A program made the position numbers and the translations under genes. A DNA stretch of 64,000 nt from an uncultured Gemmatimonadales bacterium (lineage in GTDB: Bacteria; Gemmatimonadota; Gemmatimonadetes; Longimicrobiales; RSA9): contig CAWAMW010000012.1 in NCBI GenBank assembly GCA_963783305.1, positions 32,973 to 96,972 of the forward strand, in the 5' to 3' direction. Shown piece after piece: positions 28,854 through 39,976 of this stretch. The number at the start of each line of letters is the position of its first letter. Within the stretch, counting starts at the first letter, position 1. The notes beneath the pieces are model-generated. The model saw only the letters and a program-made list of their open reading frames with translations, was not told the origin of the DNA and ran no database searches.

Positions 28854-29933
28854 CTACGCCAGGCGAGTGGCTCCCGCGTCGGCATCCTCCGCCCGGTACC
28901 TGGCGGACAGGGCGCGGATGCGCTCGGACATCTCCGCCACCAGCGCCTGCTTCTCCTTGTGCGGGAGGAACGCGCTCTCGAATCCGTAGAGGGAGATGCG
29001 GGTGAGCTCCTCCCAGGTGAAGTCCAGGTGCTGATGAGCGCGCCAGTACTCCTCCGTCACGGTGGTGGCGCTCATGAGGCGGTTGTCGGTGTTGAGGGTC
29101 ACCACGAGGCCCTCGTCGTAGTAGAGTCGGACCGGGTGCTCATCCAGGCTCTCCACGGCCCGGGTCTGGACGTTCGATGTCATGCAGATCTCGATGGGGA
29201 TCCGGAAATTGTTCACGTAGTCCATGAGGTCCGGGTCCTCGAAGAGCCGGGTCCCGTGGCCGATCCGGTTGGCGTTGCAGTAGTGCAGCGCCTGGTGGAT
29301 CGATTCCGGGCCGTACGCCTCACCCGCGTGAATCGTGGCCGCGATGTTGGCGTTCCCCACGCGGTAGAACGCCTCCCTGTGCATCTTGGCGGGGTTATTG
29401 TACTCCGCGCCCGCCAGGTCGAAGGCGAGGACCCCATCGTTCTTGAACTGGACGGTGAGGTCGGCCAGGTCCATGGAGGTGTGTGGGCTCATGTTCCTGA
29501 TGCCGCAGATGATGATCCCGGTCCGGATGTCGTACTGCTCCTCGGCGCGGCGCAGGCCGCGGAGCGGAGCGGCGACGGCCTCTTCGAGCGTGAGGCCACC
29601 CTGGACGTTGAGGACGGGGGAGAACCGGACCTCCATGTAGCGCACGTTCTCCGCGGCCGCGTCTTCGGCCATCTCGAACGCGATCCTCTCCAGCGACTCG
29701 GCGTCCTGCATGACGCTGAGGGTGATGTCGAAGCGCGAGAGGTAGTCTACGAGGTCTCGTGCTTCCTGGACATGCATGTAGTCCGCGAGCGCCTCGGGAT
29801 CCCGGGTGGGGAGGGTCGTGCCACGCTCGTCGGCGAGCTCGATCAGTGTTACCGGCCGGACCGACCCGTCGAGGTGGACGTGGAGGTCTGTCTTCGGCAA
29901 CCCGTGCAGACGTTCCCGTGTTACGCGTACCAT
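28854..29933 (-). CDS. add: Adenosine deaminase
   Basis: LPKTDLHVHLDGS, HAGE and TLNTDN motifs. ATG 29933; the ORF-track extension to 30122 overlaps ppdK. Confidence 0.85.
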   Translation of the reverse strand: MVRVTRERLHGLPKTDLHVHLDGSVRPVTLIELADERGTTLPTRDPEALADYMHVQEARDLVDYLSRFDITLSVMQDAESLERIAFEMAEDAAAENVRYMEVRFSPVLNVQGGLTLEEAVAAPLRGLRRAEEQYDIRTGIIICGIRNMSPHTSMDLADLTVQFKNDGVLAFDLAGAEYNNPAKMHREAFYRVGNANIAATIHAGEAYGPESIHQALHYCNANRIGHGTRLFEDPDLMDYVNNFRIPIEICMTSNVQTRAVESLDEHPVRLYYDEGLVVTLNTDNRLMSATTVTEEYWRAHQHLDFTWEELTRISLYGFESAFLPHKEKQALVAEMSERIRALSARYRAEDADAGATRLA

Positions 29934-29949
29934 ACCGTCTCCGCTTCTT

Positions 29950-32616
29950 CTATCCGACCGTCTCGAGGCGCTGGGCCTCCCGCGATTTCGTGTCCCCATC
30001 GTACAGGGCGGCCTGCGCTGCCGCCAGCCGCGCCACGGGGACGCGGAAGGGCGAGCAGGAGACGTAATCGAGTCCCGTGTCGTGGAAGAAGCGGATCGAG
30101 TTGGGCTCGCCGCCGTGCTCACCGCAGATTCCCACCTTGAGGTCGGGTCTCGTGGCGCGCCCCTTTCGGGTGCCGAGGGAGACCAGCTGCCCCACGCCCT
30201 CCTGGTCGAGCACCTGGAACGGATCGCTGGGCAGGATCTCCTGATCGATATAGAGCGGCATGAAGGAGCCGGCGTCGTCGCGTGAGATGCCGAACGTGGT
30301 CTGCGTGAGGTCGTTGGTGCCGAAGGAGAAAAACTCGGCGGTCTCCGCGATCCGATCGGCCGTCAGGGCGGCCCGGGGCAGCTCGATCATGGTACCCACG
30401 AGGTACTCGACCTGGCGATCTGCCTCCTGGAAGACCTCCTTCGCCACCTCCCGGATGATCTTGTCCTGGGCGCGCAGCTCCTCGACGGTGCTGACCAGCG
30501 GGACCATGATCTCCGGCAGCACGTCCACGCCGTCCGCCGCGACCCGTACCGCGGCCTCGAAGATGGCCCGGGCCTGCATGCGCGTAACCTCGGGAACCGA
30601 GATGCCCAGGCGAACGCCCCGGTTGCCGAGCATGGGGTTCGTCTCGCGGTGGCGCGCCACCTCCGTCCGGATCTCATCGACGTCGCGCCCCGACGCGTCC
30701 GCCAGCTCCTGAATCTCCTCCTCCTCGTGCGGGAGGAACTCGTGCAGCGGCGGGTCGAGGAGCCGGATGGTTACCGGGAAGCCGTCCATGGCGCGAAAGA
30801 TCCCCTCGAAGTCCTCCCGCTGCATGGGAAGGATCTTCCGGAGCGCGTGCTCCCGGTCCTCGGGCTTCCGGGCCAGAATCATCTCGCGGACCGCCCGGAT
30901 CCTCTCGTCTCCGAAGAACATGTGCTCGGTACGGCAGAGGCCGATCCCCTCGGCGCCGAACTCCCGGGCCTTCGCCGCGTCGCCCGGCGTGTCGGCGTTG
31001 GTGCGGACGCCCATGGTCCGGAAGCTGTCCGCCCACGCCATGATGCGCCGGAAATCGTCCGACAGCTGGGGCTCCACCGTGGGCACCTTCCCGAGCAGGA
31101 CGCGCCCCGTGGCTCCATCAATGGTGATCCAATCGCCACGCCGCACCTGCTGGCCGCCGGCGTCGAAGAAGCCGTCGGCGGCGTGGACCATCAGGTCGCG
31201 CACGCCCGCAATGCAGGGCTTGCCCATGCCGCGCGCGACGACGGCTGCGTGGGAGGTCATGCCCCCCCGTGCGGTGATGATTCCGCGTGCTGCGGCCATT
31301 CCCGTGAAGTCGTCAGGGGACGTCTCCTCGCGCACCAGGATGACGGCCTCCCCTTTCTGCGACCGCTCCACCGCTTCGTCCGGGTCGAACACCGTGATGC
31401 CGGAGGCGGCGCCGGGAGAGGCCGGCAGCCCTGTGGCCAGCTCCTGGGTCTCGGCGTCGGGGTCGAGCCCAGGGTGCAGCTGCTGCTCGAGCTGATCCGC
31501 ATCCAGGCGCAGCACCGCCTCCTCGCGGGGGATCAATCCGTCATCCACCATGTCCACGGCGATCTTGATCGCGGCCGCCGCCGTACGCTTGCCGGTGCGG
31601 GTCTGAAGGAGGTAGAGCCGCCCGCGCTCCACCGTGAACTCCAGGTCCTGCATGTCGAGATAATGGTGCTCGAGCTTTTCCTGGATGTCGTAGAGCTCCC
31701 GGTAGGCCTCCGGCATGAGGGTCTCCATCTCGGAGATGGAGAGCGGGGTCCGGATCCCCGATACCACGTCCTCGCCCTGCGCGTTCAGGAGGAACTCGCC
31801 GAACACGACGCGCTCTCCGGTGCTCGGGTTCCGCGTGAAGGCCACGCCCGTTCCCGAGTCGTCGCCCATGTTGCCGTAGACCATGGTCTGGACGGTGACG
31901 GCGGTGCCCATGTCGTCGGGGATCCGGTGGTGTCGGCGGAAGGCGACGGCGCGCTCGTTGTCCCAGGACCGGAATACCGCCTTGACGGCGCCCCAGAGCT
32001 GCTCTTCGGGATCGGAAGGGAAGGGGCCGCCGGTCTGCTCCTCGACCAGGTCCTTGTACTGCCGTACGAGCCCGCGCAGGTCGTCGGCCGTCAGCTTGGT
32101 GTCGGAATCCACGCCGCGCTCGGTTCGGAGGGCGGTGAGCTTCCTCTCGAAGGCCGTGTGGTCGATCCCCATGACCACCTCGCCGTACATCTGGATGAAG
32201 CGACGGTATGAATCGTAGGCGAAGCGCTCGTCCGCCGCCTCGGCCAGCGCCTTCACCGTGTGGTCATTGAGCCCCAGGTTGAGGATGGTGTCCATCATCC
32301 CCGGCATGGAGACGGCGGCGCCGCTGCGGACGCTCACCAGGAGCGGCACGGAGTCGGTGGCGCCGAAGGTCTTGCCCGCGGCTTCCTCGAGGCGCGGGAT
32401 GTCCCTTTTGACTTCCGTCACGAGGCTGTCCGGGAGCGTGCCGTGCTCCATGTACTCGACGCAGGCACGGGTGGAGATCGTGAATCCCGGGGGGACCGGA
32501 ACCCCAATGGAGGTCATCTCCGCCAGATTGGCCCCCTTGCCGCCCAGGAGCTCCTTCAGCTCGCGGCCGCCCTCCGCTTCGCCGTTCCCGAAGAAATAGA
32601 CCCAACGCTCGCTCAT
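29950..32616 (-). CDS. ppdK: Pyruvate, phosphate dikinase
   Basis: WVYFFGNG N-terminus, GGMTSHAAVVARGMGKPC phosphohistidine region, C-terminal ICGEHGG. Confidence 0.92.
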   Translation of the reverse strand: MSERWVYFFGNGEAEGGRELKELLGGKGANLAEMTSIGVPVPPGFTISTRACVEYMEHGTLPDSLVTEVKRDIPRLEEAAGKTFGATDSVPLLVSVRSGAAVSMPGMMDTILNLGLNDHTVKALAEAADERFAYDSYRRFIQMYGEVVMGIDHTAFERKLTALRTERGVDSDTKLTADDLRGLVRQYKDLVEEQTGGPFPSDPEEQLWGAVKAVFRSWDNERAVAFRRHHRIPDDMGTAVTVQTMVYGNMGDDSGTGVAFTRNPSTGERVVFGEFLLNAQGEDVVSGIRTPLSISEMETLMPEAYRELYDIQEKLEHHYLDMQDLEFTVERGRLYLLQTRTGKRTAAAAIKIAVDMVDDGLIPREEAVLRLDADQLEQQLHPGLDPDAETQELATGLPASPGAASGITVFDPDEAVERSQKGEAVILVREETSPDDFTGMAAARGIITARGGMTSHAAVVARGMGKPCIAGVRDLMVHAADGFFDAGGQQVRRGDWITIDGATGRVLLGKVPTVEPQLSDDFRRIMAWADSFRTMGVRTNADTPGDAAKAREFGAEGIGLCRTEHMFFGDERIRAVREMILARKPEDREHALRKILPMQREDFEGIFRAMDGFPVTIRLLDPPLHEFLPHEEEEIQELADASGRDVDEIRTEVARHRETNPMLGNRGVRLGISVPEVTRMQARAIFEAAVRVAADGVDVLPEIMVPLVSTVEELRAQDKIIREVAKEVFQEADRQVEYLVGTMIELPRAALTADRIAETAEFFSFGTNDLTQTTFGISRDDAGSFMPLYIDQEILPSDPFQVLDQEGVGQLVSLGTRKGRATRPDLKVGICGEHGGEPNSIRFFHDTGLDYVSCSPFRVPVARLAAAQAALYDGDTKSREAQRLETVG

Positions 32617-32736
32617 GTATCGTCCGTTCCGTTTCAATCGATCGGTGTGCGTCCGGTCCCGCCTCCGCGCAATCTTATACCCCGTGGGCGCATCCGAAAG
32701 TCGGCATCCGCTCCTGCACGATTCGTTCGTCCGGAT

Positions 32737-34126
32737 TCAGCAGCTGCTGGCGGGGGAGAATCCGCGATCGAGGTCCACGAGCGGCGCGTCGTAGGCCCCG
32801 GAGAAGCAGGCATGGCAGAACTCACCATCGCCGCTGTCGGACGCGGCTGTGATCATGCCCTCCAGCGAGAGGTATCCGAGGCTGTCCACGTCGAGGTGCT
32901 GGCGGATCTCCTCGACGGTCTTCTGTGAGCCGATCAGCTCCTCCTTCGTGGGCATGTCAATGCCGTAGAAGCAGGGAAAACGCACGGGGGGGCTGGAGAT
33001 GCGGAAATGCACCTCCGTGGCTCCCGCCTCCCGGACCAATCGAACGATACCCCTGCTGGTGGTGCCGCGGACGAGGGAGTCATCGACTACCACGACCCGC
33101 TTGCCGGCCAGGACCTCACGAACCGCGTTGTACTTGATCCGTACGCGGAAGTCGCGGCCGGTCTGCGTGGGGTGAATGAAGGTGCGGCCGACGTAGTGGT
33201 TCCGGATGAGGCCGAGCTCGTAGGGGATACCGCTCTGCTCAGCGAACCCGAGTGCCGCGGAGTTCGAGGAGTCGGGAACACTGAAGACCACGTCCGCGTC
33301 CGCCGGGTGCTCCTCCGCGAGCCTGCGGCCGAACGCACGGCGAGCCCGATCGACGCTTTGGCCCCAGATCTTGGAGTCGGGCCGCGCGAAGTAGACCAGC
33401 TCGAAGACGCAGGGGGCGGTGCGGTGGTTCCGTGAGACGTTCTTGAGCGATCGCAGGTCGTCGCCGCGGATGCGCAGCATCTCGCCGGGCTCGATGTCGC
33501 GCTCGTAGCTGGCTCCCACCAGGTCGAGGGCGCAGCTTTCGCTCGCCACGATCCAGCCGCCGTCCGGCAGCCTGCCCAGAATCAGGGGCCGGTAGCCCCA
33601 GGGATCGCGGGCGGCGTACATGGTGTCGCCCACGGTGATGATCACGCTGAACGCGCCCTTGAGGCGCGAGAGCGCTTCGGAGATCTGCTCGTCCACGGTG
33701 GGCGAGCGGGACCGGCTGATGAGAATGGACGATGACCTCGCTGTCGATAGTACCCTGGAAGAGCGCTCCCTCCTCGACCAGCTCCTCGCGCAGCGTGAGC
33801 GCGTTCGTGATGTTGCCGTTGTGCACCAGCCCCAGGTCGCCCTCGCGGTAGTTCACCACGATGGGCTGCGCGTTGACCAGGCCCGCGCCCCCGGCCGTGG
33901 AATACCGGGTGTGCCCCAACGCCATCCGACCCGGGAGCGAGTCGAGCGCCCGGTCGTCGAACCCTTCGGCCACCAGCCCCTCCCGTCGGCTCAGCCGGGT
34001 CTGCCCCGTTTCGTCCACCGCCGAGATGCCGGAAGACTCCTGGCCCCTGTGCTGGAGGGCGTACAGCCCGAGGAACGCCAGCTTGGCGGCGTCCTCCACT
34101 CCGGTTACTCCTACGATCCCGCACAT
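32737..34126 (-). pseudogene. purF: Amidophosphoribosyltransferase PurF, reading frame broken by an apparent 1-nt insertion near 33724
   Basis: The N-terminal frame (MCGIVG...IDSEVIVH) and the C-terminal frame (LISRSRSPTVDEQISEA...VVVVDDSLVRGTT...) are in different frames. They join cleanly if one base of the plus-strand AA at 33724-33725 is removed. Confidence 0.8.
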
Positions 34127-34154
34127 ACCGCCACTCCTTCAGTACTCCTGTACA

Positions 34155-36451
34155 TCACCCGCCCGCCGACGGCGGCGCGTCCATCAGTCGCGGGATCGCC
34201 GTGGCGTGCGTCTCCGCCAGCTCACCGATCCCTGCCTCCACCTTCACACCGCTGGCCACGAGCTCCAGCGCGAGCGGGTCGCCCGCTCCCCCGACCGTCC
34301 CGATCCGTGCCGCCGGGACGCCGTGCTCTCGGGCGAGGGCCAGCACGCGGTCCTGCGCCGATGGATCGCAGCTGGCGACGATCCGGCCCTGCGCTTCCCC
34401 GAAGAGGAGGGCTGGAACCGGGATCTCGTCCTCGATGGAGACGCGCGCGCCGAGCGGACCGCCCCGGGCGCCGATGGCGGATTCGGCGATACAGACGGCG
34501 AGGCCTCCTTCGGCGCAGTCATGGGCGCTCGACAGCAGCTCGGCGTCCACCATGGCGAGCACCGCCTCATGCAGCGCCTTCTCACCTGCGAGGTCCACAT
34601 CCGGGACCGCGCCCGCCGTCCTCCCATGCACGGTCTTCAGGTACTCCGAGGCGCCGATCTCCGCGGTGTTCCGGCCGAGCAGGATTATCGTGTCCCCCGG
34701 CGCGCGGAAGCCCGCCCCGATGCTCTTCGACACGTCCTCCAGCACGCCCACCATGCCGACCACCGGTGTGGGGAATATGGCGCCGCGGGGGTTCTCGTTG
34801 TAGAGCGAGACGTTCCCGCCGGTGACCGGCGTCTCGAGCCGCTGGCAGGCCTCGGCCATGCCCTCGGTGGATTCCTTCATCTGGTGATACACCTCGGGCT
34901 TGTGTGGATTCCCGAAGTTCAGGTTGTCGGTCACGGCACGAGGCCTGGCGCCGACGCATACCAGGTTCCGGGCCGCCTCGGCGACGGCGATGCTCCCGCC
35001 CTTCCGGGGGTCGAGGTAGACGTAACGGGCATTACAGTCCACGGTAGCCGCGATGCCTCGTTGCGTGCCGCGGATCCGGAGCACCCCCGCGTCGCCGCCC
35101 GGTGGCTGGACGGTGTTGGTGCGGACGGTCGAATCGTACTGCTCGTGGACCCACGCCTTCGACGCAATGTTGGGCGACCCGAGGAGCGACCGCAGCGCCT
35201 GGAGCGCCGAGTCGGAGTCGTTCGCCATCTCTTCGGCGATCTCGGCCGGGTCCCACTCCCGGGCGCGCTTCACTTCCGCCGCCTCCACGCCCTCCCGGGT
35301 GTAGGTGGGGCACTCGACGAGTGCGGTGCCGGGGATATCAGCGACGACGTGGTCGCCCTCCATGACTCGGTACCGCCCGTCGCTGGTGACCTGGCCGATC
35401 ACGGCGGCCTCCAGCTCCCATTTCTCGAGGATGCGGATCACCTCCTCCTCGTGACCGGCCTTCGCGACCACCACCATCCGTTCCTGGCTCTCGCTCAGCA
35501 GGATCTCGTACGGCGTCATTCCTTCCTCGCGGACGGGGACCTTCGCGGTATCGATCTCGACCCCGGTGCCGGCGCGGGCGGCCATCTCGCTGGAGGCGGA
35601 GGCGAGGCCCGCGGCGCCCATGTCCTGGATGCCCACGATGTGGCCGCTCCGGATCAGCTCCAGGGAAGCCTCGAGCAGCAGCTTCTCCGTGAACGGGTCA
35701 CCCACCTGGACCTGCGGGCGGCTGGCCTCGGTCTCCTCGCTCAGCTCCTCGCTGGCGAAGGTGGCGCCGTGGATCCCGTCCCGGCCCGTCCGGGCGCCGA
35801 CGGCGAGGATCGGATTGCCGGGGCCCGACGCGGTGGCGCGGATCAGCTCCTCCGTCCTCATGAGCCCGATGGCCATGGCGTTCACCAGCGGGTTCCCCTC
35901 GTAGGCGTCGTCGAACCACGTTTCGCCCCCGATGTTCGGGATCCCCACACAGTTCCCATAGTCGCCGACGCCCTTCACCACGCCGGCGAAGAGGTAGCGT
36001 ACGCGGGGCGAGGAGAGGGGGCCGAAGCGGAGCGCGTCGAGGACCGCGATGGGTCGGGCGCCCATGGTGAAGACATCGCGCAGGATCCCGCCCACGCCGG
36101 TGGCGGCGCCCTGGTAGGGCTCGACGGCGGAGGGGTGGTTGTGGCTTTCGATCTTGAACGCCACGGCCCAGCCATCGCCGATGTCGATGACACCGGCGTT
36201 CTCGCCGGGGCCCTGGAGCACCCAGGGCGCCTCGGTGGGGAAGCGGCGGAGCAGCGGTTTCGAGTTCTTGTAGCCGCAGTGCTCGCTCCAGAGGGCGCTG
36301 AACAGACCGAGCTCGGTGTAGCTCGCCTCGCGCTCCAGGATGGCGGTGATCTTCTCGTACTCCTCCGCGCTGAGGCCGTGCTCTTCCACCAGGGCGGGCG
36401 TGACCTCCACGTCCCTGGGATGGGGTACCAGCGGCGGGCGGGTGGCGTGGC

Positions 36452-36455
<4 letters not shown>
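34155..36455 (-). CDS. purL: Phosphoribosylformylglycinamidine synthase subunit PurL
   Basis: 766 aa with duplicated AIR-synthase-like domains ([16 protein letters not shown]). ATGA overlap with purQ. Confidence 0.9.
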
Positions 36456-37194
<739 letters not shown>

Positions 37195-37195
<1 letters not shown>

Positions 37196-37449
37196 CAGCC
37201 GGCCTCCAGCGCGATGGCGTAGTCCTCCGTGACGGGATTCGCCAGCAGCTTGCGGCACATGTCGTCCGCGCGGGCGCGGGCGGCCTGCTCGTCGGCGGCC
37301 TCGAGCCGGAGCCGCACCAGCCGGCCGACATGGACACCCTTCACATCCTGGAACTCCAGGGAGTGGAGGGCGTGCTCGACGGCCTTGCCTTCGGGGTCCA
37401 GAAGCCCCTCCCGGGGCGTGATGCGCACTTCGATTCGGTATGGCTTCAT
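37195..37449 (-). CDS. purS: Phosphoribosylformylglycinamidine synthase subunit PurS
   Basis: 84 aa: [21 protein letters not shown]...ANPVTEDY. Confidence 0.85.
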
Positions 37450-37470
37450 CTTCCTGGGGTGTGCGGGTTC

Positions 37471-38334
37471 TCAGTCGCTGCGCCGCCGACCGGCGCCGGG
37501 CCACCACAGGCGCCGGGGCGGAGACAATTCATTGTAGTCGATGTTGCGTACTTCGGCATCCGCGTCGTCGGGGTCCTCATCGTCCAGCAGCATGTCCCGG
37601 TCGGGGAGTCGCTCGAAGAAGCCGAGGACCACCGCCTTCAGCACTCCGTAGAGGACGTACGTGAGGAGGACCGGGAACCAGAAGAGGGAGGGGATGGTGA
37701 AGGATGCGACCACGACCACGACGAACCATGTCAGCGTGAGGATGCCCTTCAGGGTGCGGAACCCGAACTTCGGAACCACGGGGTAGAGGACGTGGCTCAT
37801 CATGAGCATGGCGAGGCCGAGCATGAGCGCGATGATCATGCTCGGCCAGGGCAGCTCGGCCAGGTAGGTCTGGAAGAACGCCGTCTGGCTGAACGGATAG
37901 TACGTGGCGAGTGCCATGCCCGAGGCGGGGGAGGGGAGGCCGTGGAAGGCGACTTTCGCGTGCCCGGCCTGCTCCACGTTGAAGCGCGCCAGGCGGATCA
38001 CGGCCCCGGCCATGTAGACGAACGCGGCGATCCACTCCCAGCCGCCATCCGCGAGGAACAGATGGTAGATGATCAGGGCGGGCGCCACGCCGAAGCTGAT
38101 GGCGTCGACGAGCGAGTCCAGCTCGGCGCCGAAGCGACTCCCCGTCTGCGTGATCCGGGCGACCCGCCCGTCCAGGGTATCGGCTACGCCCGCGAGCACG
38201 ATGAGCCAGGCGGCGGTGGTGAAATCGCCCCGTGCGGCCGCCACGATGGCCCACAGGCCGAAGAAGAGGTTCCCCAGCGTGAGCGCGCTGGGGATGATGA
38301 TGACGCCGCCCTGGAGCGTCGGACGCGGGCTCAT
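37471..38334 (-). CDS. pssA: CDP-diacylglycerol--serine O-phosphatidyltransferase
   Basis: CDP-alcohol phosphatidyltransferase motif DTLDGRVAR...GAELDSLVD. Polytopic. Confidence 0.8.
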   Translation of the reverse strand: MSPRPTLQGGVIIIPSALTLGNLFFGLWAIVAAARGDFTTAAWLIVLAGVADTLDGRVARITQTGSRFGAELDSLVDAISFGVAPALIIYHLFLADGGWEWIAAFVYMAGAVIRLARFNVEQAGHAKVAFHGLPSPASGMALATYYPFSQTAFFQTYLAELPWPSMIIALMLGLAMLMMSHVLYPVVPKFGFRTLKGILTLTWFVVVVVASFTIPSLFWFPVLLTYVLYGVLKAVVLGFFERLPDRDMLLDDEDPDDADAEVRNIDYNELSPPRRLWWPGAGRRRSD

Positions 38335-39008
38335 GGTGTTCTTCCTGTCGCGGGGGTCGGGGTGCGGGCGATCACGGTGCTGCCGGCCCGTACGCGGTCG
38401 CCGGGTCGTACCAGGACCCGTGTATCGGCGGGGAGGTAGGCTTCGACTCGGGAGCTGAAGCGGATGAGTCCGATGCGATCTCCCTGCTCCACCAGCTCCC
38501 CCTCCTCCACGTAGGTCACGATCTGCCGCGCCACGGTGCCCGCCACCTGCCGGACCAGCACACGCGCCTGCCCGGTATTGATGCCGATGGCGGTGGCCTC
38601 GTTGTCACCGGCACGCTCGCTCCAGGTGGGTGCGAACCCGCCCGGGCGGTGGTCCACCAGGTCCACTACCCCGGCCACGGGCGAACGTTGGACGTGGACA
38701 TCCAGAAGACCGAGGTAGATGGCCACGAGGATGGCCTCGTGACCGAGATATTCGGGGTCGGCGATTCGTTCGACCTCCACCACGCGGCCGTCGGCGGGGG
38801 CGAGGAAGAGGTCGGGTCCGCGGTCGCCGGCACGGGCGGGGTCGCGAAAGAAGAACGCGAGGGCGAGGGCGAGCACGGCCGTCGCGTACCCGATGATCCA
38901 GATCCGCCAGCGTCCGAGCCAGCTTCCGAGGATGAAGAGTAGGAGAGCGAGGACGGCGAGGCCGGTCAGCAATCCCACGCCATCGCCAGCGATCCCGAGT
39001 CCGCTCAA
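38331..39008 (-). CDS. psd: Phosphatidylserine decarboxylase-related proenzyme (short Asd type)
   Basis: Two N-terminal TM helices. PADGRV, VHVQRSP, GDRIGLIRFSSRVE (processing motif reads F-S-S rather than F-G-S). TTG start overlaps the purC stop; the stop overlaps the pssA ATG. Confidence 0.7.
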   Translation of the reverse strand: MSGLGIAGDGVGLLTGLAVLALLLFILGSWLGRWRIWIIGYATAVLALALAFFFRDPARAGDRGPDLFLAPADGRVVEVERIADPEYLGHEAILVAIYLGLLDVHVQRSPVAGVVDLVDHRPGGFAPTWSERAGDNEATAIGINTGQARVLVRQVAGTVARQIVTYVEEGELVEQGDRIGLIRFSSRVEAYLPADTRVLVRPGDRVRAGSTVIARTPTPATGRTP

Positions 39009-39976
39009 GGGGCGAGCTCCCGGCCGGTGAGGCGGCGATGCACCTCGAGGTAGCGGCGCGTGGTCGCCTCGACCACCTCATCCGGGAGGTCGGGTGCCGG
39101 CGCGCGCTTGTCCCATTCGCCGCGCCGGGTGAGCGACTCCAGGTAGTCCCGCACGGGCTGCTTGTCCAGCGACGGCTGACTCTGCCCCCTGCGGTAGCTC
39201 TCCTCCGGCCAGAAGCGGGAGGAATCCGGGGTCATCACCTCGTCGATGAGGATCGGCCGCCCGCCCACGAGACCGAACTCGAACTTCGTGTCGGCGAGCA
39301 GGATGCCGCGGTCGGCGGCCAGGCTCCGGCCGCGCTCGTACACTGCCACGCTCCGCTCCCGCAGCCGATCGGCCAGCTCCCGGCCGATCCGGTCGCACAT
39401 CTCGCGGAAGGGGATGTTCTCGTCGTGACCGGTCACGGCCTTCGTGGCCGGCGAGAACACGGGTGGGTCCAGCCGGTCCGACTCCACGAGGCCCGCGGGG
39501 AGCGGCTCACCGGCGAGGGTGCCGGTCTCCGCGTACTCCTTCCAGGCCGATCCGGCCAGGTAGCCACGGACGACGCATTCCACAGGGACGGGCTCGCTCT
39601 TCCGCACCAGCAGCGCGCGCCCGGCCCATTCGCTCCGGGTCCCGGCAAGGCCGGGTACCGCGGCCACGATGTCGGCGGGGTCCGCCGCGATGAGGTGGTG
39701 GTCGACCTGCTCGCCGAGCTGTTCGAGCCACCATACGGTGACCGCCGTAAGGACCGCGCCCTTGCGGGGGATCGGGCGAGCCATGACGACATCGAAGGCG
39801 CTCAACCGATCGCTCGCCACCATCAGCAGCCGGTCCTCCCCCACATCGTACATCTCCCGCACCTTGCCCCGGGCGTGGAGGGGGAAGGGGAGGGAGGACT
39901 GCCGGAGCGGGCCCGGTCGGGGACCTGTCGACCCGGACTCTCGATCCCCCGCGCCCGCCTCGCGCCGGCCGCTCAC
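39005..39976 (-). CDS. purC: Phosphoribosylaminoimidazole-succinocarboxamide synthase
   Basis: GKVREMY...LLMVASDRLSAFD...LADTKFEFG motifs. GTG start overlaps the purB stop (GTGA). Confidence 0.88.
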   Translation of the reverse strand: MSGRREAGAGDRESGSTGPRPGPLRQSSLPFPLHARGKVREMYDVGEDRLLMVASDRLSAFDVVMARPIPRKGAVLTAVTVWWLEQLGEQVDHHLIAADPADIVAAVPGLAGTRSEWAGRALLVRKSEPVPVECVVRGYLAGSAWKEYAETGTLAGEPLPAGLVESDRLDPPVFSPATKAVTGHDENIPFREMCDRIGRELADRLRERSVAVYERGRSLAADRGILLADTKFEFGLVGGRPILIDEVMTPDSSRFWPEESYRRGQSQPSLDKQPVRDYLESLTRRGEWDKRAPAPDLPDEVVEATTRRYLEVHRRLTGRELAP

